Source: Candidatus Fervidifonticultor secundus (GTDB lineage: Bacteria; Sysuimicrobiota; Sysuimicrobiia; Sysuimicrobiales; Humicultoraceae). From it: a stretch of 64,000 nucleotides of DNA. Position 1 is the first letter of the stretch. Every line of letters starts with the position of its first letter. The stretch is from the NCBI GenBank assembly GCA_031459385.1, contig JAVKIP010000003.1, positions 32,001 to 96,000 of the forward strand, given 5' to 3'. The notes below the pieces were generated by a model. That model was given only the letters and a program-made list of their open reading frames with translations. It did no database searches and was not told the origin of the DNA. This document shows positions 1 through 8,337 of this stretch, piece after piece. Made by a program: the position numbers and the translations under genes.

Positions 1-475
1 GCAGCAGGTCGGGTCGGTGGAGGATGGCGCAGCCCATCGCCAGGCGCTGCCGCCAGCCGCCGGAGAGCGTGGAGACCAAGTCCCGCTCGCGGCCGCGCAG
101 CCCCGCCATCGCGATCCAGTCGTGCACCTTGCGGCGGCGCGTGGCGGGGTCCAGCCCGTACACGCGCGCGTAGAACTCCAGCTGCTCGACGACGGTCAGG
201 TCGCCGTAGAGGCTGGCGCGCTGGCTCATGTAGCCGATGCGGGGGCGGAGGCGCTCGGGCTCACGCGCGGGGTCGAGCCCCAGCACCCGGACCTCTCCCT
301 CCGAGCGGTCCAGAATGCCGCACAGCATGCGGATCGTCGTGGACTTGCCCGCGCCGTTCGGGCCCAGGAACCCGAAGACCTCGCCCCGCCGGATCTCCAG
401 GTCGATGTGGTCCACGGCCACGAAGGCACCGAAGCGCCGCGTCAGCCCCCTGGCCGCGACGGCTGGCTCGCTCAC
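1..475 (-). CDS. ABC transporter ATP-binding protein (3' end outside the window)
   Basis: GTG at 475 overlaps the upstream TGA. The frame reads SEPAVAARGLTRRFGAF...GFLGPNGAGKST (Walker A). It is missing from the ORF track because it runs off the edge. Confidence 0.9.
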   Translation of the reverse strand, partial: MSEPAVAARGLTRRFGAFVAVDHIDLEIRRGEVFGFLGPNGAGKSTTIRMLCGILDRSEGEVRVLGLDPAREPERLRPRIGYMSQRASLYGDLTVVEQLEFYARVYGLDPATRRRKVHDWIAMAGLRGRERDLVSTLSGGWRQRLAMGCAILHRPDLL

Positions 476-1464
476 GGGCGACCTCCTGCCTGCGCGGGCG
501 CGCCAGCCAGCAGCGCGATGAAGACGTCCTCCAGCGACGGCGTCGCGCGTTCCACCGCCGCAACGGTGACGCCCTGCGCCTCCAGCGCCGCCCGCACCCG
601 CGGCGCGGCGGTGGAGGCGTCGGGCACGGCGAGGTGCAGCGCGTCGCCGAAGATGCTGCCCGTGCGCACCTCGGGCAGCGCGCGGGCTGCGGCCAGCGCC
701 CGGCGCCGCGGCTCGGCCCGGACCTCCAGGATCTCGCAGGGGACCTGGGCCTTCATGGCGGCCGGCGTGTCGACCCCCAGCAGCCGGCCGCCGTACATGA
801 AGCCGATGCGCGTGCACCGATCGGCTTCATCCATGTACGGCGTCGCCACCAGCACGGTCGTGCCCCGCCGGTTCAGGTCGTAGAGCAGCCCCCAGAACTC
901 GCGGCGCGACACCGGGTCCACGCCGGTGGTCGGCTCGTCGAGCAGCAAGAGTTCGGGTTCGTGCAGCAGCGCGCAGGCCAGCGCCAGTTTCTGCCGCATG
1001 CCGCCCGACAGGTGCTCGGCCAGCGTGCGGGCGAACGGTTCCAGGCGCGCGAAGGCCAGCAGGCGCTGGAAGCGGTCAGCCATGGCGCGGGGCGGCACCT
1101 GGTAGGCCTCGGCGAAGAAGCGCAGGTTCTCGATGACGCTGAGGTCGCGGTAGAGCGCGAACGTCTGGGGCATGTACCCCAGGCGCTGCCGCACCGCTTC
1201 AGGCTCCGCGGCCAGGTCCACGCCGTCGATCCGGACCCGCCCCGCGGTCGGATCGAGCACGCCGGCCAGCATGCGGACCAGCGTGGTCTTGCCGGCGCCG
1301 TCAGGTCCGACCAGACCGAACACCTCCCCCTGCGTCACCTGCAGATCCAGGCCCTCGACGGCCGTGGTCGTGCCGAAGACGCGGGTGAGCCCGGCGGCCT
1401 CGATGGCCGGCGGCCCGCTGGACGGCGCACGGGGTCGGCCGGGGACCAGGGGCGCAGAGGTCAC
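472..1464 (-). CDS. ABC transporter ATP-binding protein (ABC-2/drug efflux type)
   Basis: Walker A GPDGAGKTT, signature LSGGMRQK, Walker B LLLLDEPT. Confidence 0.95.
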   Translation of the reverse strand: MTSAPLVPGRPRAPSSGPPAIEAAGLTRVFGTTTAVEGLDLQVTQGEVFGLVGPDGAGKTTLVRMLAGVLDPTAGRVRIDGVDLAAEPEAVRQRLGYMPQTFALYRDLSVIENLRFFAEAYQVPPRAMADRFQRLLAFARLEPFARTLAEHLSGGMRQKLALACALLHEPELLLLDEPTTGVDPVSRREFWGLLYDLNRRGTTVLVATPYMDEADRCTRIGFMYGGRLLGVDTPAAMKAQVPCEILEVRAEPRRRALAAARALPEVRTGSIFGDALHLAVPDASTAAPRVRAALEAQGVTVAAVERATPSLEDVFIALLAGAPAQAGGRP

Positions 1465-1491
1465 GAGGTGCGCCGCGGGCGCCGCCGCGCC

Positions 1492-2811
1492 CTACGGCAG
1501 CGGAGCCAGGGCGATCCGGGCATCGGCAGGCATCCCCGGCTTCAGCAGCCCCGCGGGGTTCTCCAGCGTGATGCGCACGCCGAAGACGAGCTTCACGCGT
1601 TCCTCTCGGGTCTGCACGTTGCGGGGCGTGAACTCTGCCTGGTCGGCGATCTCGGACACGGTTCCGGCGAACGGCCGCCCGGGGAACGCGTCCACGAAGA
1701 CCTGAGCTGGAGCCCCGGGCCGCAGGCGGCCCAGCTGCGCCTCGGGCACGAAGACGCGCAGCCAGACGCGGCGCAGGTCGGCCACCGACAGCAGCGATGT
1801 CCCCGCGGCCACGACCTCGCCCGGCTCCACGGCCCGCGCCAGCACCACGCCGTCGATGGGCGAGCGGAGCACGGCGTTGGCGCGCAGCGCCCGGGTATAG
1901 CGCAGAGCGGCCTCCGCGCTGGTGACGGCCGCCTGCGCGGCCGCCACTTCCTGCTGGCGCTGCGCGACCAGATCCCGGCCGCTGCGGGCCCCGGCGGCCG
2001 CGGCCGCGGCCTGCGCCTGCCGCGCCTGGGCGATCGCGACATCCTGGCGGCGGATCGCGATCTGCCGGCGGATCGCCTCGGCCAGTGCCAGGGCCGCCCG
2101 CGCCTGTTCGACCTGCTGCGCTGCGACAGCCTCCTGCGCGGCGGCGGCCTGCTCCTGGGCCGCGAGCGCCTCGACCGTCGCGCGGGCCGCGTCTGTGGCC
2201 TGCGCCGCGACCGCGCCCTCGCGGAAGAGCGCCTGCGCGCGGGCGAGGTCTCCCCGGCCCTTCTCCAGATTCGCGCGCACGGCCTCCCGGGTGGCGCGCG
2301 CCGCCGCCTGCGCCGCCTCGGCGGCGGCTACCGCGGCCCGCGCCTGGGCCACCTGCTGCCGGGCCTGATCCTCCTGCAGGCGCAGCGCCTCGCTGGCCTG
2401 CGGCACCTGCGCCGCCGCCGCCTGCGCGGCTGCTTCCGCCTGGGCCAGCGCTGCGGCGGCCTGCGTACGCTGGGCGCGCAGCGCCGCCTGCGCCTGCGCG
2501 AGCCGCGTGCGAGCCGCGGCGACGCCTGCGTCGGCCTGGGCGACCTGCGCGTCGAGTTCGGCGGCGTCGAAGCGCACCAGCACCTGGCCGGCACGCACGC
2601 GGTCGCCGGCATCCACCAGGACCTCGGACACGCGGCCAGCGATCTTGCCCGCGATCTGGACCTGCGTGGCCTCGATCGTCCCCGACCCCTCCACGTACGG
2701 CGCATGGGCCGCGCGCCGGTCCTCCAGCGCCCGGCTGCCGGTGTAGACGGCCGCCGCGGCCAGGAGCGCCACGGACACGATCGGCATGCGACGGTGTCCT
2801 GCGCGGATCAT
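1492..2811 (-). CDS. HlyD-family membrane fusion/periplasmic adaptor protein
   Basis: N-terminal hydrophobic anchor, GTIEA..IAGKIAGRV, long Ala/Gln coiled coil, LRSPIDG and AEFTPRNVQT. Start placed at ATG 2811, just after the tolC-like stop. Confidence 0.92.
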   Translation of the reverse strand: MIRAGHRRMPIVSVALLAAAAVYTGSRALEDRRAAHAPYVEGSGTIEATQVQIAGKIAGRVSEVLVDAGDRVRAGQVLVRFDAAELDAQVAQADAGVAAARTRLAQAQAALRAQRTQAAAALAQAEAAAQAAAAQVPQASEALRLQEDQARQQVAQARAAVAAAEAAQAAARATREAVRANLEKGRGDLARAQALFREGAVAAQATDAARATVEALAAQEQAAAAQEAVAAQQVEQARAALALAEAIRRQIAIRRQDVAIAQARQAQAAAAAAGARSGRDLVAQRQQEVAAAQAAVTSAEAALRYTRALRANAVLRSPIDGVVLARAVEPGEVVAAGTSLLSVADLRRVWLRVFVPEAQLGRLRPGAPAQVFVDAFPGRPFAGTVSEIADQAEFTPRNVQTREERVKLVFGVRITLENPAGLLKPGMPADARIALAPLP

Positions 2812-2819
2812 GCCCGTCT

Positions 2820-4193
2820 CTACTCCACCGGGCCGCCGACGGCGCGCTCCAGCTGCGCCCGTGCCATGTTGACGTTGAACAGCGCCTGGATGCGGCTCGC
2901 CTCGGCCTGTGAGAGCGCCGCCTGGGCCGTGATGACCTCGAGGTTGGTCGACACACCGGCGGCGAACCGGACATTGGCGATGCGCAGCCCCTCCTGCCCC
3001 TGCTGCACGCCGACGTCGGCCGCCGCCAGTTCCTCCATGGCCGCCGCCAGGGTCAACAGCGCGCGGCGCACGTCGAGCTCGATGCCCTGCCGCAGCTGCA
3101 CTTCGGCGGCCTGCAGTTGCGCCACGCGCGCCTCGGCTTCGCGGATGCGCTGCGCGGTCAAGCCGCCGTCGAACAGGGGCACCGTCGCGGCCAGCGTCAG
3201 GCTCCATCCGAGCACCGCTGCCGACGACCCGAGCCCTGCGCTGGTGGCGTTCCCCCACGTGGGCCCGCCGGAGAGGACCAGCGCCGGGCGTGCGCCAGCG
3301 CGGGCCACTTCGATGGCGGCGGTGGCCGCCGCGATGCGCGCGCGGTGTTCGGCCAGCTCGGGACGCGCGTCCAGGGCGCGGCGCAGCAGGACGGCGAGGT
3401 CGGTGCGCACGGCGGCGAAGGTCATGCGCTCCCCGGGCTGCAGCGGCGCGTCCATGGGCTGGCCCACGAGGGCCGCCAGCGCGTGCTGCGCCAGGGCCAG
3501 CGCGTTGCGCGCGCGGATGAGGCCCTGGCGCGCGCTGGCGACGTTCACCTCGGCCTGGACCTCGTCGAAGCGCGGCGAGGTGCCGGCCGCCACACGCGCG
3601 CGGGCCACGCGCAGGTTCTCCTCGGCGGCGGCCAGCGTCCGCTGCGCGCCCTCGACCCCCGCCTGGGCCAGGAGGACCTGGTAGTAGGCCTGCCTGGCGT
3701 CCAGGATCAGCTGCTGCTTGGCGCGCTCGAGGGCCGCCTCGGCGCCCTGGAGGTTGGCGCGCGCCAGGGCCACCTGCGCCTCGATGCGGCCACCGGTGTG
3801 CAGCGGGTACTGGAACGTGAGCGCGGTCGTGTAGAGGTCGGGGGTGGGCGGCGGCAGCGGAATGGTGATCGGCGTGGACACGCCGGGCACGGTGCCGCCC
3901 GGGATCACGATGGCGCCGCCCTCCCGGTCGTTGATGCGGGTGTACGACCCGGTCAGCACCAGCGTGCCGCTCCGAAGGGCTTCGGCCTGGGCCAGCTGCG
4001 TGCGGGCCACCGTGACCTCGAACGCTGCCGCGCGCAGGGCCGGGCTGTGCTGCGCGGCCAGCGTCAAGACCTCGGCCAGCGTGATCGGCCGGGCGACCTG
4101 CGCCCGCACTCCCGGCGACGGGATCAGCACCGCGGCCAGCAGCACTGCGACACCCGCGGGCCCGATCCCCCGCGCGGCGCGACGTGGCATCAT
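2820..4193 (-). CDS. TolC-family outer membrane efflux protein
   Basis: Signal peptide and two OEP-like repeats (QYPLHTGGR, VPLFDGG, RFAAGVSTNLEV). Confidence 0.9.
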   Translation of the reverse strand: MMPRRAARGIGPAGVAVLLAAVLIPSPGVRAQVARPITLAEVLTLAAQHSPALRAAAFEVTVARTQLAQAEALRSGTLVLTGSYTRINDREGGAIVIPGGTVPGVSTPITIPLPPPTPDLYTTALTFQYPLHTGGRIEAQVALARANLQGAEAALERAKQQLILDARQAYYQVLLAQAGVEGAQRTLAAAEENLRVARARVAAGTSPRFDEVQAEVNVASARQGLIRARNALALAQHALAALVGQPMDAPLQPGERMTFAAVRTDLAVLLRRALDARPELAEHRARIAAATAAIEVARAGARPALVLSGGPTWGNATSAGLGSSAAVLGWSLTLAATVPLFDGGLTAQRIREAEARVAQLQAAEVQLRQGIELDVRRALLTLAAAMEELAAADVGVQQGQEGLRIANVRFAAGVSTNLEVITAQAALSQAEASRIQALFNVNMARAQLERAVGGPVE

Positions 4194-4882
4194 CGGCGTG
4201 ACCTCCTCCCAGACGTGGTGACCCCGCCCGCCAGCCGCCTCTGCGGGGCCAGCACGCCGTAGAGGAACAGCCGGGCGACCTCCCGCGCCAGGAGGCTGTC
4301 GTCGTGCGGCAGCAGCCGGCGGCCGAGCAGGACCTCGCTCAAGGCCAGCATGCCCAGCATCGCCGGGAACGCCCGCGCGGCGATCGCCGGTGAGAACCCG
4401 GCGCGGTAGAGGCCCCGTGCCTGGCCGGCGCGCAGGTGCGGCTCCAGCAGCCCCGCCACCGCAGTGGGCATCAGGCGCATGTAGGCCTCACGGGCGCGAG
4501 GACTGAGGTACGGCAGGGCCGAGAAGAACACCTTGAGGAACCGCACGTGCGCCCGCACCCGGTCCAGGATGACCCGCCCGGCGCGGGTGAGCACGCGTTC
4601 GGCCGCGACGGCGTCGTGCGCCTCGGGCAGCCGGGTCGCCAGATCGTCGAGGACCGCGCCGGCCAGGTGCCGCGGGATGCCGATGAGCAACTCTTCCTTG
4701 CTGTGGAAGTAGTTGTAGATCGTGCCTTCAGCTACGCCAGCGTCGCGCGCGATGGCCTCGATGGTGGCGGCGGCGTACCCTCGCGCTGCGAAGACGCGCG
4801 CCGCGGCGTCCAGGATCTGCCGCCGGCGTTCCTCGGACAGCGCGGCCCGGCCGGTGGCCGTCAGGCGCGGCATCGCCGGCAC
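4190..4882 (-). CDS. TetR/AcrR family transcriptional regulator
   Basis: N-terminal HTH: ILDAAARVFAARGY..TIEAIARDAGVAEGTIYNYFHSKEEL. Confidence 0.95.
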   Translation of the reverse strand: MPAMPRLTATGRAALSEERRRQILDAAARVFAARGYAAATIEAIARDAGVAEGTIYNYFHSKEELLIGIPRHLAGAVLDDLATRLPEAHDAVAAERVLTRAGRVILDRVRAHVRFLKVFFSALPYLSPRAREAYMRLMPTAVAGLLEPHLRAGQARGLYRAGFSPAIAARAFPAMLGMLALSEVLLGRRLLPHDDSLLAREVARLFLYGVLAPQRRLAGGVTTSGRRSRR

Positions 4883-4888
4883 CGATCG

Positions 4889-4908
4889 ATGAATGAGTAC
4901 TCACTCAT
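4889..4908. promoter_or_regulatory. Palindromic TetR-type operator ATGAATGAGTACTCACTCAT
   Basis: 20-bp AT-rich palindrome with one mismatched pair, lying between the promoter and the TetR start. Confidence 0.8.
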
Positions 4909-4922
4909 AATGGGCGATCCAT

Positions 4923-4951
4923 AGAATACCGCCGGGAGGTCGGGCTGTCAA
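4923..4951 (-). promoter_or_regulatory. Sigma70 promoter of the TetR-efflux operon
   Basis: TTGACA (4951-4946), 17 bp spacer, TATTCT (4928-4923). Confidence 0.8.
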
Positions 4952-4966
4952 CGGGCGGGGCCGGGC

Positions 4967-5569
4967 TCAGCGCCAGCGCGCCAGGCCGGGGTCGTGGGCC
5001 AGCATCCAGGCCTCGTTGAACCGCCAGGGTGACAGCGCCTCGGGCCGTACGACGACCCGGGTGCTGGTCCAGACCACCTCTTCCCGCGGCTGTGGCCGGC
5101 CGTCGGGCAGGTGGCGCCACGTGAGATCGCGGACGAGGAACCAGACGAAGTGCAGGTAGGACGACGCCACCACCTCGCAGACGTCCATGACCCCGGCGTC
5201 GAACACGCCCACCGGCGACTCGCCGTACGGGTCGGTGCGGTCCAGGAGCAGCACGTAGGGGTTGCCCGCGCCGTCGTTCCCCACCTCCACGAACTCCTGG
5301 GCCCACCCCAGCGGTCCCCAGTAGGCGCGCGCCTGGCGCGTCGCGAACACCAGATCCAGCGCCGACTGCACCGGGGGCACGCCGTGCAGCGGATCGGTGA
5401 TCAGGAAGCCGCCGTTGAACGTGGTGAGCACCGTCCGCATCGACCGCGGCAGCCGCACGCCCAGCTCGCGCTCGGCGCGCCGGATGTCGCGGTCGGCCGC
5501 CGGGGGGTTCAGCCGTACCACGCCCGGGCCGAAATACCCCAGTTCAGCCCAGATCTCATCCAGGGTCAA
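4967..5569 (-). CDS. SMI1/KNR4 (SUKH) family protein
   Basis: LNPPAADRDIRRAERELGVRLPRSMRTVLTTFNGG and VGNDGAGNPY motifs. TTG start overlaps the purR stop. Confidence 0.85.
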   Translation of the reverse strand: MTLDEIWAELGYFGPGVVRLNPPAADRDIRRAERELGVRLPRSMRTVLTTFNGGFLITDPLHGVPPVQSALDLVFATRQARAYWGPLGWAQEFVEVGNDGAGNPYVLLLDRTDPYGESPVGVFDAGVMDVCEVVASSYLHFVWFLVRDLTWRHLPDGRPQPREEVVWTSTRVVVRPEALSPWRFNEAWMLAHDPGLARWR

Positions 5570-6555
5570 AGCCGCTCCCCTGCGCTGCGCCCCGCGCCCT
5601 CAAGGTAGGCGCGGATCCACCGGCTCGGGTGCACGACGGCGTCACCCGAAGGTCCCGCTCCGGCATAGGTGACGAGCGCCAGGTAGCGCTCGACCAGCTT
5701 CTCGGCGGGCTGCTCCGCTTCTACTAATACCCCAATGCCGGCGACTTCAGCCCGGAACTCGCGCATGAGGTCGTAGACGCCCCGCGCGGTGCCCCCGCCG
5801 CGGAGGAAGTCGTCGATGAACAGCACCCGGGCGCCCGGGGGCACGGCGCGCAGGGGCAGGGTCATGGACTGCACCAGGCGCGAGGAGCCCGAGACGTAGT
5901 TGACGCTGACCGACGGGCCCTCGGTCACCCGGCCGTCGCGCCGCGCGGTGAGCAGGGGCACGTGGAACGCCCGCGCGGTCATCAGCGCCAACGGAATGCC
6001 CTTCACCTCCATGGTCAGGACGGCGTCGGGCCGGGTGTCTGCGAAGAGCGTGGCGAAGACCTCGCCGAGGTCGGCCACGAGCCAGGGCAGCGCCAGCAGG
6101 TCGCTGGTGTAGAGGAAGCCGCCCGGCAGCACGCGGCCGGGCTCCCGCAGGCGCGCGCAGAGCTCTTCCACCAGCGCGCCGACCTGGGCGGGTGTGCGGG
6201 CCGGCGTGTACCGCACGCCGCCCGCCGCGCCGGGCAGCGTCTCCACGCGCCCCAGCCCGAAGCGCTCGCAGGCGCCCCGCAGGAACCCCAGGTCCTCGCT
6301 GATGGTCGAGCGCGCGGCACCCAACAGGTCGGCGAAGGTCGCGAGCGGGATCAGGCGGTGCGGCGCCCGGAGCAGCGCGTGGGCGATGACGACCATGCGC
6401 TCGCCCCGCCGCAGCCGGCCGCGCCGGACCTCACCGCTCCCGTGCGGCTCCCCGCGGCGCTGTCCCCTCGTGCCCCGCGCGGGCCCGGCGCCAGCCGGCG
6501 GCCCGTCGCCGGACTCGCCACCACGCGATCGTCCGGGTCCGCGCGCGGCAGCCAC
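5566..6555 (-). CDS. purR: Pur operon repressor, Bacillus type (wHTH plus PRT domain)
   Basis: ARSTISEDL, GAAGGVRY, LPGGFLY, SVNYVSGS and the PRPP loop VLFIDDFLRGGGT. The start is uncertain because of a low-complexity N-terminal extension. Confidence 0.92.
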   Translation of the reverse strand: MAAARGPGRSRGGESGDGPPAGAGPARGTRGQRRGEPHGSGEVRRGRLRRGERMVVIAHALLRAPHRLIPLATFADLLGAARSTISEDLGFLRGACERFGLGRVETLPGAAGGVRYTPARTPAQVGALVEELCARLREPGRVLPGGFLYTSDLLALPWLVADLGEVFATLFADTRPDAVLTMEVKGIPLALMTARAFHVPLLTARRDGRVTEGPSVSVNYVSGSSRLVQSMTLPLRAVPPGARVLFIDDFLRGGGTARGVYDLMREFRAEVAGIGVLVEAEQPAEKLVERYLALVTYAGAGPSGDAVVHPSRWIRAYLEGAGRSAGERL

Positions 6556-6556
6556 C

Positions 6557-7321
6557 TCAGGCTCCCCCCGGGCGGTCGCCTTCCAGCGCGCCCCGGAGCA
6601 GGGCCAGGTTCTCGGGACGCCCGGCGTCCACGTCCAGCGCCAGCGCCGGGTCGTCGACGATCACGGCCCGCGCCCGGAGGCCGGTGACGTCCCGGGCGCG
6701 GGCCTCCATCTCGGCGATCGACAGCGCGCCCGAGGCGAACTTGAGCACCGTGGACCACCCGAACAGCTGCGCGAGCAACCAGGGCTTCTTGCGCGCCGCC
6801 ATCATCCGCTCGACGAATCCCCGCGCCCGCTCCAGGGCCGACGGGTCGAACAGCAGCACGCTTCCACCCGTGAAGACGCCGTCGGCTACGCGGACGTACG
6901 TCTTGCGCGCGCCGGGGAAGCGCTGCTCCACTGCCTGTCGGGGCACGATGGGGTAGAACAGGCTGTAGTCGCCTTCGCACTGCGAGAGGAACCGGCCAAG
7001 CGCCTCGCTGGTGAGCAGCGGCAGGTCCGCGGCGATCGCCAGCACCGCGGTGGCACCAGGCAGCGCCCGGACGCCAGCGGTTACGTTGTCCATCATCCCG
7101 GCGCCCTGGGCGACGACGTCCACGCCGTCTCCCAGCAGGTCGCGCAGGGCCGCCACAGGCCCGACCACGACCACGCGGTCGATCGCCGGACAGCCGCGCG
7201 CTGCCTCAAGTGCGCGCTCAACCAGCGTGATCCCGCCCAGGCGCAGGAACGCCTTGTTCGGGAGCCCGGGGGCCAGTCGCGGCTCCGGCGGTCCGCCGGC
7301 GAGAATAACCGCCGGCGGCAC
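6557..7321 (-). CDS. MobA-like NTP-transferase domain protein, uncharacterised
   Basis: AVILAGG...NKAFL motif, ADLPLL, LALDVD. Confidence 0.8.
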   Translation of the reverse strand: MPPAVILAGGPPEPRLAPGLPNKAFLRLGGITLVERALEAARGCPAIDRVVVVGPVAALRDLLGDGVDVVAQGAGMMDNVTAGVRALPGATAVLAIAADLPLLTSEALGRFLSQCEGDYSLFYPIVPRQAVEQRFPGARKTYVRVADGVFTGGSVLLFDPSALERARGFVERMMAARKKPWLLAQLFGWSTVLKFASGALSIAEMEARARDVTGLRARAVIVDDPALALDVDAGRPENLALLRGALEGDRPGGA

Positions 7322-7359
7322 TCACTCCACCCCGGTGCCGGCGGCGGGCGGCGGCACGC

Positions 7360-8226
7360 CTATCGCTCCTCCGCGAACGTCCTGGTGACGAAGACGTCCA
7401 CGTCAGGGACCGCCGCGAGGTCGTCGGCGACCCGGCGGGCCGCGGCCTCGTTGGCCATCAGGCCGACCACGGTGGGGCCGGTGCCGGTCATGCAGGCGCC
7501 GTAGGCCTCGCCCCGCAGGATGCGCTGCTTCACCTCGGCCACGACAGGATACCGCGCGGCGATGAACTCCTCAAAGACGTTGCCCATGAGCCTCCCCACC
7601 GCGGGCACGTCGCCGCGCCGCACCGCGTCCGCGAGCGCAGGGATGTCCGGGCGCCGGGCGACCTCTGTCGGCTGGAAGTGCCGGTAGGCCCATTCGGTCA
7701 GGATTGGGATGCGGGGGCGGGCCAGCACGACCCACGTCGTGGGCAACGCCGGCAGGGGGTGGACGCGTTCCCCGCGGCCGCGGGCCAGGGCCGAGCCGCC
7801 CTCGAGGAAGAAGGGCACATCCGACCCGAGCTTCGCAGCTGCCGCCCGCAGCTCCCTGCTGTCGAGGCGCAGCTTCCACATCTGCGCCAGGCCCATCAGC
7901 GTTACGGCGGCATCGGCGCTCCCGCCGCCCAGGCCCGCGGCGGTCGGGATCTGCTTGCGCAGGTGAATCTCTACCGGCCGCGCGACGCCGTACTGCTCGC
8001 GCAGCAGCTGCGCAGCCCGGAACACCATGTTGGCCGTGCCCTCGGGCACCGGCTCGCCCTCGGCGACGACCTGGATGGCATCCCCGGCCTCCCGCAGGAC
8101 GACGACGTCGTAGAGCCCCACGGTATGGAGCACCGCTTCCACCTCGTGGTACCCGTCGTCTCGCTTGTGCAGGACGTTCAGGCCCAGGTTGACCTTGGCA
8201 TAGGCGTTGAGACGGAGCTCTTTCAC
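7360..8226 (-). CDS. ispE: 4-diphosphocytidyl-2-C-methyl-D-erythritol kinase
   Basis: AYAKVNLGL, RDDGYHE, KQIPTAAGLGGGSADAA, GSDVPFF. Confidence 0.96.
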   Translation of the reverse strand: MKELRLNAYAKVNLGLNVLHKRDDGYHEVEAVLHTVGLYDVVVLREAGDAIQVVAEGEPVPEGTANMVFRAAQLLREQYGVARPVEIHLRKQIPTAAGLGGGSADAAVTLMGLAQMWKLRLDSRELRAAAAKLGSDVPFFLEGGSALARGRGERVHPLPALPTTWVVLARPRIPILTEWAYRHFQPTEVARRPDIPALADAVRRGDVPAVGRLMGNVFEEFIAARYPVVAEVKQRILRGEAYGACMTGTGPTVVGLMANEAAARRVADDLAAVPDVDVFVTRTFAEER

Positions 8227-8301
8227 GCAGGCTGCCTCCCCAAGGGATCCGGCGGCCCTAACTCCTTAGGGATCGGGACCGACAAGTCCTCTTGCGGTTC
8301 G

Positions 8302-8330
8302 TTGCGCCCGCCCGGGGGTTCCCGTAAGAT
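8302..8330 (+). promoter_or_regulatory. Sigma70 promoter for the LCP gene, probably giving a leaderless mRNA
   Basis: TTGCGC, 17 bp spacer, TAAGAT, then 7 nt to the GTG at 8338. Confidence 0.6.
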
Positions 8331-8337
8331 AAGGGCC

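Noticed and set aside
634..3684. 1016-aa plus-strand ORF and similar long ORFs (33327-36389, 29512-32127, 49210-51519)
   Set aside because: They are antisense or off-frame shadows of well-supported genes, with Arg/Gly/Pro-rich nonsense composition typical of high-GC DNA.
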